A stretch of 64,000 bases of DNA from Heterodontus francisci (lineage: Eukaryota): the NCBI RefSeq assembly GCF_036365525.1, contig NC_090382.1:80491223-80555222 (forward strand). Reading direction: 5' to 3'. The translations under genes and the position numbers were made by a program. This document shows, one piece after another, positions 50,424 to 60,735 of the stretch. The notes below the pieces were generated by a model. That model had not been told where the DNA came from. It ran no database searches and worked only from the letters and a program-made list of their open reading frames with translations. Position 1 is the first letter of the stretch. Every line of letters starts with the position of its first letter.

Positions 50424-51704
50424 GTCTTCTTTGGCCTCCTTATCTCGAGAGACAATGGGTAAGCGCCCGGAGGTGGTCAGTGGTGTGTGGAGCAGCGCCT
50501 GGAGTGGCTATAAAGGCCAATTCTAGAGTGACAGGCTCTTCCACAGGTGCTGCAGAAAGATTTGTTTGTCAGGGCTGTTACACAGTTGGCTCTCCCCTTG
50601 CGCTTTTGTCTTTTTTCCTGCCAACTGCTAAGTCTCTTCGACTCGCCACACTTTAGCCCCGACTTTGTGGCTGCCCGCCAGCTCTGGTGAACGCTGGCAA
50701 CTGACTCCCACGACTTGTGATCAATGTCACAGGACTTCATGTCGAGTTTGCAGACGTCTTTAAAGCGGAGACATGGATGGCCGGTGGGTCTGATACCAGT
50801 GGCGAGCTCGCTGTACAACGTGTCTTTGGGGATCCTGCCATCTTCCATGCGGCTCACATGGCCAAGCCATCTCAAGCGCTGCTGACTCAGTAGTGTGTAT
50901 AAGCTGGGGATGTTGGCCGCCTCGATGACTTCTGTGTTGGAGATACGGTCCTGCCACCTGATGCCAAGCATTCTCCGGAGGCAGCGAAGATGGAATGAAT
51001 TGAGACGTCGCTCTTGGCTGACATACGTTGTCCAGGCCTCACTGCCATAGAGCAAGGTACTGAGGCCACAGGCTTGATACACTTGGACTTTTGTGTTCCG
51101 TGTCAGTGCGCCATTTTCCCACACTCTCTTGGCCAGTCTGGACATAGCAGTGGAAGCCTTTCCCATGCACTTGTTGATTTCTGCATCTAGAGACAGGTTA
51201 CTGGTGATAGTTGAGCCTAGGTAGGTGAATTCTTGAACCACTTCCAGATCGTGGTCGCCACTATTGATGGATGGAGCATTTCTGACGTCCTGTCCCACGA
51301 TGTTAGTTTTCTTGAGGCTGATGGTTAGGACAAATTTGTTGCAGGCAGCTGCAAACCTGTCGATGAGACTCTGCAGACACTCTTCAGTGTGAGATGTTGA
51401 AGCAGCATCGTCAGCAAAGAGGAGTTCCCTGATGAGGACTTTCCGTACTTTGGACTTCGCTCTTAGACGGGCAAGGTTGAATAACCTGCCCCCTGATCTT
51501 ATGTGGAGGAAAATTCCTTCTTCTGAAGACTTGAACGCATGTGAGAGCAGCAGGGAGAAAAAAATCCCAAAAAGTGTGGGTGCGAGAACACAGCCCTGTT
51601 TCACGCCACTCAGGATAGGAAAGGGGTCTGATGAGGTGCCGCTATGTTGAATTGTGCCTTTCATATTGTCATGGAGTGAGATGATGATACTTAGTAGCTT
51701 AGTA
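50424..51704 (-). mobile_element. 5'-truncated RTE/BovB-like LINE with an open RT C-terminal half
   Basis: GVKQGCVLAPTLF, LFADD and C-terminal CSTC..H motif. 9-bp TSD GGATGAAAC at 50415-50423 and 51705-51713. Confidence 0.9.
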
Positions 51705-52440
51705 GGATGAAACACACATAGCATAATAAATTTCTTGCAATGAATTACAAAACAGTAATTAAATCACAAGACATTGATGACTGCAATCTGCATGCGTGAT
51801 AAACAACATTATGAATGGGAAGTGGCAACAGTCACTCAGGAGACATTGTCTCTTATGATGTCGCTGTAGGGATTCTTTTTACAACAGTCATCTGTTCTCC
51901 AGTGATGAGAGCATTTTAATTGCAGATTGGTACAGGCATGGCATTTCCAGTGTGATAACATACAGAAATGAAGCAAAGACTTTCCTCAACTCAAGATAAA
52001 AATGGCGCAGAAGATTCTGTCCTTCCTCTTCTCAACAGGAAAAAAATTAACATACTTTTTTCATATAGACTCAGGAGCTGAAATTCCTTGGATGGAGGAG
52101 TGTGCAAGTCAAATGATTGGCTGTGGGGGAGATGGAATATGAATTTTGGATGGAAACTGGATCTAACAAGTTTGTGCCCAATTTGTGGGGCATCAAATTC
52201 CAATCAAGAAGGATGAGCAAGTCTTCTGCCTCACTACACACCTCCCACTGCCAACATTCACATTAAACTTTGAGTTATGAATGAGGACATTCTCAGGTTA
52301 CTCCAGAAATACTACTCAGCAAACCCTCCTTCGGTCCAGCAGAAGCCAAACCTGTCAACAGTACGTGTGGCTTCTGTATTTGGCCCTTTGAAGGCCCCAA
52401 ACATCATAAGGAGCAAAGGTAATTGATTCCAGAAGACCTG

Positions 52441-52733
52441 TAGAGCATGGCTACCCGACCCGAATCCGGTGGGACTTGACGACATGTGTCGGGCTCAGGT
52501 CGGGCCAGGCACAGTTACAGCCAGGACGTCAAGGCGAGAAACACTCCGCACTAGTCTGCAGTGAGCGATTCCATCGAAGGTAGGACACAACCTCTTTAAA
52601 TAATCAACTTCATTCCGGTGGTCGGATTGGGTCGGGTCGGGCACGGGAAAAAGTGAAAGGGCTCGGGCCGAGGTCAGATGTGGTTCTATCGGGCTTGGGT
52701 CAGGTTTCATTTGCAGACCCGAGCAGGCCTTTA
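52441..52733. mobile_element. MITE-like DNA transposon relic
   Basis: TAGAG...CTTTA ends, repeated CCCGA/TCGGG motifs and flanking CTG duplication. Confidence 0.4.
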
Positions 52734-52744
52734 CTGTAGAGAGG

Positions 52745-53716
52745 TGTCACGACTGGGTGAGGAAGGGGTCTCAGGGTCCCCTCTTGCCCCTTCCTGGTTT
52801 GGCCGTAACAGGGCTTCTCTTTCAAAACAGTGATTTTTAGCTTACTACCTCAGAGTCTTGGTTCACTGCTCTCTAATTGCAATTGCAAATGAACCAGACA
52901 TGTTTTCTTAGGTTTAAGCAAGAAAGATGTAAGTTTATTAGCTATATCACTAACTTGATTAAAACAACTAAAATACACAACACAATCATGCTAGCATGCA
53001 TACAAAAGAAACACACACACAAATAGATATAGAGGGGAAGAAAGAATTGATGGGGGGGGGGTGCAGGGGTTGAAGTAGAGCTAGCAACAAATGGAATACA
53101 GTTACTGTCTTTTATCTTTGATGTAAAGTCCTTGGTTGATAAGGTCTTGAAGTTCTCGCTGGGGCCCACTGCACAATTTCAAGCTCACTTCTCTGGTACG
53201 AGAAGGCTGAAGAGGTGCTCTGTCTTGAGGCTTAAGCTGGGACCGTGCATCCCTGGGACTTTGCCTGAGAGAGAGGGAGACCTTCCTCCTTTGTTCTCAA
53301 CTTGCAGTCTGTTACCTTTCTGTGAGGCACTATTCAAACAGTCCCCAGTCTGCCTGGCAGGTAAGTCATGTGACCATCTCTGTTAGAGACAGCATCTTCT
53401 GGGAGGGTTGTTGATTTCAAAACTTCCCAAACACACTCGGTGGGGTGTGGAGTTCTGGCTCTCACACAGACAAAGAATGTTAATTATCATGATTGCCCAG
53501 ACCAATCTTGTTAATTGAATCAGGGAGCACTCCTATTATCTCTCTATTCAACTGTCTCTCAGAACGCAAATGTGCAACCATGTTTTCAGCTGGTTAGCTT
53601 TGTTGGGTTTTTTTTCCAAACAAGTTCTGTGCAATGTCCAGTAAAAAAAAGTTCCAGTAATGTCCCATATGACGAAATTAATATGTTTCCATTTGGCAGC
53701 TGTGATTTCTGTCACA
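52745..53716 (-). mobile_element. Long solo LTR
   Basis: TGTCAC...TCACA termini, flanks GAGG/GAAG and architecture similar to 1669-3204. Confidence 0.65.
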
Positions 53717-56294
53717 GAAGTAAAATATTTTCAACTTTAAACTTTGGCCCATTAAGGGCCCTGGCTTTCCCCAATGTGGCAGGTGGCAAGCTGCTTTCCT
53801 GGCATTTTTTCAGATCAAGCACTTCTGTTGTACTTCTTTAGTTGTGGCCTGCCTGCCCCAATTATTAAAATAACACTTTTTCCAGGACTTGGGACAAATT
53901 CAACATCCTGAGCAGTTGGCAGCTGAAAGTCCTCCCCCTCCCCACACTTCTGATGGCAGAGAAGGCACCCAGAAATGTCAGGTCTCTAGCTTGTTACCTT
54001 ATTTAATTTCCTCTTGGTTGGTCTCACAAGCACATTATGCTCTCCAACTAAAGGGAGGGAGGGTCGAGCAGCACACTCCGAGACCTCTGCTTAGTCAAAC
54101 TAAACCCCAAGGACTTATACACTTCTAACCTTGCAAACTGCACCTCACCCCAAGGCCCAAAGCCCCCACTAATTTGTTCAGTAACTCACTGTGCAGCCAT
54201 GAATGTGTATTCTAATAAACATCAATGTGCTGTACTAGAGATCCAATATACAGTACCACATTCTGATTGCTATTTTGGGGTTTATAATTATTTTCAAGGT
54301 TAACACTATTCATTATTTATAGTTAGAGAGAGATGATGAACAGTGGTAATAAGGCAGTGACTATTAGTTTCTTGAAATCCAGGAGTTGAGTGCAGGAAGA
54401 AGTTTAATGTACAAATCAGACTAGTTACGGTAAGCTGCCTGCACTCAATTACCCTTTCTTTCCCTATCTTTATATATGTCACATACCTTCATTCATTACC
54501 CTTCTTAAGCAGACCTTATCTGAGACATCAGCAAGGGAGCAATGTGATCTATGGACTCTGGGGAGCAATACCCTCTAGCTGGTCTGCTGCATTGCTCTGG
54601 CTTTACCCTGCTTGCCTACATCATTTCCTCTTCTCCCTTCTATTCTGCCAACATTGCAAAACCCATGCTAAGATCTCTGTGACAGAAGGAAGAAAAAGAT
54701 TTCTTGAAGCAGAAAAGAGGCTTTCTTCACAGCATAGCTACGAGAAGATTTTTCTAATTGTGCCAGTCATAACTGATATTTTAGACAAAGCTGGTGGACA
54801 CAAAAGACAGGAGCGGGTAAGTTCAGAAAGGCATGCGGAACCCAGAAATCAGGATTCCCCTGCATGTTGTGGCGTTTCGTTGGGGGACATCATTAATTGA
54901 CAGATTTGGCTTTTAGTCAGATGGGGAACTGGCTGGTGGAGACTTTATGAACGTGTTGAGCCACGTCGGGGAGGAGGATTGCAATCTCAGTGGGGGAGGG
55001 AAGGTGAATCAATCATGGGTGGGGGCAATCAAGAGGGAAGGGCATGTCAATGGGGCAACTAATTTGGGGGCGGCTGCCAATCCCATGGTCCAGGGGGGTG
55101 GTTGAAGTCTTGTGGAGGGGGAGAGAATCAAAGGCCTCTGGGGATGGGGATCGGAAGCCTTGAGGAGAGGTCACAGGTCTGACAGGAAAATAGGAGGCCT
55201 TAGGGGGAAGTGGGATGCCTGAGCGTGAAGGGATCGGCGGCCTTGTGGGGAAGGTTGGGGGACACGATGGATCCAGGAGGTAGATATAAGGGCACTCACC
55301 TCCTGGATCTGGCAACCCTTGTCTAGATGTAGCTGCCAGGTTAAATTTGAAAATTTGAATCATATTGAGGCTCACAGCCTCATTATCATATTTAAAGTAC
55401 CAACCTTCTCTTGAAGGGGGTTGGTTAGCCGCTCACCTTCCTGCCTCAGTTAAAGCCAGAAGTAGATGGGTGAAAGCAGGTTTGGATTGGGAATCTGATT
55501 TTTAAGACTTAAATCCCCTCATCTGACCTCAACCCGCCTGCTTTTCTTTTGGTTAAAATTCTCCCCAAAGTCTATGAACTCAACTACTTCCTGGTTTGAC
55601 ACCCAAGCAGCTAACGTACCTTCCTTTCTTCACCTTTACTTAGGTCAGGTGTAAATGGAATTAGTTCTAGTACAATGCTTTTGCCCTCAGTATTCTGTCA
55701 TTTCCATATCTGGTGGCAGGCTCATCTTACCTGCAGCCACTTCTACTGAAATTTAACATGCGTTAACTCAAGCATATCTGACTCGCACTCCAAATTCCAA
55801 TCCACGATACGAGAACTAGACCATTTTTGTCCCAAAAGTATTGGAATTTTGGGATCCAGGTTTCCAGCTTCTTGCAGGAATGATTAGTCACTTGGATGAA
55901 ATACTGGAGCCCTACTGCTATCCCAGAACTATACCCAAGCAGCCACTGCCTTAAGAAAAGGAGGAGAGAAAATTGGATAAGAAAGAAACAATGGGATAAG
56001 TATACTATCAGAAAAAGGATAAGCAAATTTTACAATATAAAAACTATAAATCCATTCCCACTCTCCAAAACATCGACTCTTATACAGGGGGGAAATTGTT
56101 GATCTGGTTTGCCTAGAATTGATTTTTATAATGGAATGAACCAGATTCCACAAGTTAGGATAGTCCACAATACAATTCAAATGCCATTGGAAGAAGCCCC
56201 AGAAACTGATGTCGTAGTGTTAGAGAGAAGCGGCTGTTGCTGTCTGTGATAGGACCTGGGTTAGCAAGTCACCAAGTTGGGAGGTACCACACAC

Positions 56295-56344
56295 TTCAAA
56301 GGGGCGGGAAGAAAAAGGACAGTTATGCCCCAACCCTATTTAAA
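56295..56344 (+). promoter_or_regulatory. Candidate DKK core promoter: TCF/LEF site, GC box, TATA-like box
   Basis: TTCAAAG 56295-56301, GGGGCGGGA 56301-56309 and TATTTAAA 56337-56344, about 180-230 bp upstream of the ATG. Confidence 0.55.
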
Positions 56345-56525
56345 AACTGAAATGGAAATAGGATATGGCAGATTTTAGGAACAGTAACTGACTGCGTAAC
56401 TGAAGTTGAACCGTGCTGCAACTAGATACAGAGGATCATTTCGGTTTATCAACTGGCACCTGTATTTTAAATTGCTTTATTTTAAATCATTTAGATCAAG
56501 ATTAAGAGAACGTAAAATTTTGAAA

Positions 56526-56720
56526 ATGATGCAGGTGAAAGATTGTTGCAAATATATAATATTTTATTTGCTGTTGAGCTCGTGCTGGGTGATGGGGGGA
56601 AATGCTTTAAATAGAAATTCCATCAAAAAGGCAGAAAGTGAAGGAATTCCATCGCTACATGTCAACACCTCGACAGGGATTCAGCAGGGACACAACAGCA
56701 ACAAAGCTGCTGACATCCAG
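56526..56720 (+). CDS. Dickkopf-related protein (DKK1/2/4 class, DKK2-like), coding exon 1 with signal peptide
   Basis: MMQVKDCCKYIIFYLLLSSCWVMGGNALNRNSIKK...NTSTGIQQGHNSNKAADIQ. Hydrophobic signal peptide, DKK-type NSIK motif and an N-x-S sequon. Donor CAG|GTACTT, phase 0, in frame with exon 2. Confidence 0.82.
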
Positions 56721-59700
56721 GTACTTCACTTTGGAGATTTGTCTTAAAAGATTATTTGTATATTTTATTCCCAACAACTTATTGATGGGTTGCTGCTTCT
56801 TTATTTAATTCCAAACCTGATCTGATTTAATTGGGTAGCGCACCATTAAAACACAAGATTAAATTATATCAAATCATCTTTGTATATATTTTAAAAATGC
56901 ATAATTCGTGTTTCGATTTTTTTTTCTACCATTAGATGGACTTGGTCAACCTATTATTTTCCTTGATGGAACAGCTTGCAATTCAATTTGAAAACTATAG
57001 TCCTTTAATAATTCTTTTATACCACTGTATGGAGTTTGCAAGAACTATCGCTAAGAAACTTACATTGTATAAGCTGTAGAGAATTCCAGGTTACTTATTA
57101 TTGCAACTATTTATACTTTGAGGAGTTTTCGATTGATATGTGATGATTATCGGGACGGAGAGCGGCACCAGTCCTGGGTCTTCAAATAATGAAATAGGTA
57201 TTTGGATTGAGTAGTTCGTTTCCCCCCAAACAGGCACAGATTTCCAGAATCGTAGTATTTTGCTCTTCTAATAGATCTGACTTTTTTCATAAAAATGGGT
57301 GCCTGCACACAGTCATTTTAAACCAAGTTTAAACTAATATTAGAGTGGAAAAATCATAAATGTTTTTAGATTTACAATGCATAGGTAACTGTTTTGTTAC
57401 CCAGTAGATTGATTTTTTTTTTAAATTCAGAAGTTGTACAAGACAGGAAGTAAAGCAGTTACAAAAATATCGATTTTTTTTTTTGTGCAAGTTTTTGTTC
57501 CTCGTTAACCGAACTGGATTGAGCAAGTTACTGAGCCCCGTGCGAGAGTAGAGATAATTAACAAACATCACGCAACTGAGCGGTCCCGGAGTTTGTACCA
57601 ATTTTACCACAGATGATTTAACTTTGCAATGTAGCCTCAGTCACATCTTCGAGTAGCCTGCCCCACAATTCATCGGTACTTACTGTTTAAAAAAAATATT
57701 CAAAAAAAGTTAGTGGAACAGAACACAAAAGACATTAAAGTTAATATAACTGACCATCTTAAATGATTTGGTGTGAGACTCTTTAAAAAGGTGAAGATTA
57801 CCATAGGAGACACTTGAAAAGCGAATTTTCACCCCATATAATAATCATTAAAGAACTCTCTCATAGTACAATCTTCGCTATACCCAGACAGATACCAGCT
57901 GTGTTAGCAGCTTCAGTGCTAAACAATTCAACAGCAGCCTGAGTGGTAATGAACTTTGGATCAGCAACAAGGTCTGAGAAAGGTGTCAATCCGTGCTATT
58001 TTTGCAGAGGCAGACACTGAAGTCAGCTTCAGGAGGCTGTCAGAAAGGGGATTAAAGGCAAAGAATTTTCCTAACAGTGAGAAGAAAACTATAATATTTT
58101 TCCTCTAACTATGGGAAATTACTTTCAACTCATCCCTTACTCACTGTAATGCTCTGTTGTAAGGAGCTGAGCCATAACTTCCAACCCAAAATCTCGGGCT
58201 GCCAACAAACTTTTAAAACGTGTACAAGCGTTCAGTCCCTTGAGCCTGTACTGCCATTCAATAAAACATGGCTGATCTGGACCCTGAATCCATTTACTCC
58301 CTTTGGTAATCTCTTTTACAAAACTTATCAAGTACCTTCTGGAAGCCTATGTAGAAAACAGTCATAGACACTTTACTATCCAATAAGGAAGTCCTCCAAA
58401 AAAAAAAATCATAGATGACCTACCTTTCACAAATTCGTGCTGCCTCTCTTTGATCTCTTCATTCTTGTCCAAGCGTTCCAGAAGCTTCCTCGAAAATGAT
58501 GTAAAACTGATAGGTCTACAATTAACTAAAAACTAAACAGAAAATGCTGGAAATACTCAGCAAGTCTGGCAGCACCTGTAGAGAAAGAACCAGAGTTAAC
58601 AGTAAAGTAGTTGACTGGAAAACTGGGGATAAACCCATTGCCATTGGGCCTGAAAGCCATACTGCTATCTTGCATGCACAGACACTTAATTGGCTTCAGT
58701 CGGGCTTCCACCCATCTGAGTCAGGAAATCCCGCCTTTAAGAGCTGCCAGCCAATCAGAGGGCTGGCAGCTCTTCAATCCCAGTAGCCTCACTGGGAGTG
58801 GTGGGACTGTTGGGATTGCACCCAGCTGGAAAAGAAACATGGAAATTGGTCTCAGAACAGGTAGGTGGGCATTGGGCCTTGCTGGGGACAATTGGCTAGG
58901 CCCTGTTGAGGTAGGGGCAGGGGGGTTAGGAGTGTACAGCAGGTTCTTATTTTATCGGGGGTGGCCTGTGCAGTGGGGGGCTTCCGTGGTGCTTGATCAG
59001 GAGGGGCCCCCATCCCACAAGGAGGCCACCTCCTCAGGTGCTGAACTGCCTGTCCACCATGGCACAATTACTGAATTTAGAGAATGTTGGGAAATTATGA
59101 CCAACATAGCTGCAATTTCCTTAACCCTTCAGGTTCTGGAGCTTTTCTTATCTGAAGTTCAATTATTTGCTCTGTAACTATGTTTTAAAAATGTATTTTA
59201 ATACACTAGGTTCTTCCACTTGACATTTTTAGATTCCTTGTACCACTGGCATTTGCTCATCATTCTCCACTGTGAAAATGGACATAACATACTCATTTAA
59301 CAAGTTTGCCATTTCCTTATTGGCAATTATAATCTTTGCTACATATTTCTTTAATGGGCACAAATTTATACTGCCTCCTCCTTTAAAAAAACCTGCTCCA
59401 CTGGATGATGTCTTGAGCAGAAAGACTAGTGCAGCTGGGGTTCAGCTCCTAATCCACAGTCTAATAGCCTGTTAAAATAGGACTATGAATTTGAATATGG
59501 AAGCAGAATTGAAGGTACATACTAAAGATTTTAATTAAAGGATAATATAGTTTTAACATTCCTCATTAGTGAAAATGTATTTCTTTTTTGTAAAGATTTT
59601 AGACTATTGTAAATAGAGAAGCAAAGGAAAAACTGATAATTCTCTTCTGTAAAAATAAATGTCAAGAACCAATTTAGTTCTTTAGTCAGAGGCAGAAATG

Positions 59701-59824
59701 TCACAACCAAATTGCAATTCATGAGTTTGAGAATCCAATGATTTCTGACAATGCTAGAGCAGCTGGGAACAACTAGGATTCTGTATTTCCTAGTTCCATT
59801 GTTCGGCAGCCATAAAGGCGGGGC

Positions 59825-60055
59825 TAAAGTTTGGCGAGTTGAAGAGACTTAGCAGTTGGCAGGAAAAAAGACAGAGGCGCAAGGGGAGAGCCAACTGTGT
59901 AACAGCCCCAACAAACAAATTTTTCTGCAGCACCTGTGGAAGAGCCTGTCACTCGAGAATTGGCCTTTATAGCCACACCAGGCGCTGCTCCACACACCAC
60001 TGACCACTTCCAGGCGCTTACCCATTGTCTCTTGAGATAAGGAGGCCAAAGAAGA
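59825..60055 (+). mobile_element. RTE 3' end in DKK intron 1
   Basis: Reverse complement of 50424-50655. Confidence 0.85.
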
Positions 60056-60558
60056 TTGTTCAGAATAGCCATCAAAATGAAATAAATTCTCAATTTTTTT
60101 CTGAATGCTTTTTACTTTGAGTAATGAAGAATCAGGCAGAGAATAAATGCAGGAAGAATCTCACAAAAAGTTGGCCATTTAAAACTTTGGTTTCTAAGTT
60201 TAGGATTTAAAAGAGTAATGTTACAAAGACATTTTGAAATAATCAAGGTTATCTGGATTTCTTGTTTACCCCTAGAGCAACTAAAAAGATAACTGCAGTT
60301 CTTTATTTTGTTTGTAATACAAGTGCAAGCAATTTGTACAATGACATTTGCTGTAAAGTAAGAAGTAGATACCTGTGTGAAACTTATTTTAGATAACATA
60401 GGCTTTGAAAATAAGCACTTCAGAGGGATGGAATGATCCTGAAACCTGGGAAGGATGAAAAAAACCTGATAATCTTTTTCTTCAGGGCATTGCTTGCAGA
60501 AGTGTTAAAATATGAGCCACTGTGACAGAGAGGTGACCCTCATTTCATTCCTGTTTAG

Positions 60559-60703
60559 GTGTGCACAGCAGATGAAGATTGTGGGACCAAGACATACTGC
60601 TCCACATCTCATCAGAGAAGACAAATATGTATTTCATGTAAAAAGCAAAAGAAACGTTGTCACAGAGATAGGATGTGCTGTCCTGGAAATCATTGCATTA
60701 ATG
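60559..60703 (+). CDS. Dickkopf-related protein, coding exon 2 (N-terminal cysteine-rich domain)
   Basis: Acceptor cctgtttag|GTG and donor AATG|GTAGG, 145 nt. Encodes VCTADEDCGTKTYCSTSHQRRQICISCKKQKKRCHRDRMCCPGNHCIN(G), the Dickkopf_N cysteine pattern. Confidence 0.93.
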
Positions 60704-60735
60704 GTAGGAATTAAAACCAAAGGGAGGACATCTCT

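Noticed and set aside
55760-56200. Possible coding exon or L1 relic upstream of DKK
   Set aside because: No convincing motif or splice-consistent frame.
56406-56525. Upstream extension of the 113-aa ORF
   Set aside because: It starts at a non-ATG codon. The signal peptide begins at ATG 56526/56529, so this is likely 5' UTR.
58611-59177. 188-aa ORF in DKK intron 1
   Set aside because: No recognisable domain and a non-ATG start. It lies in GC-rich MITE-like repeat sequence.
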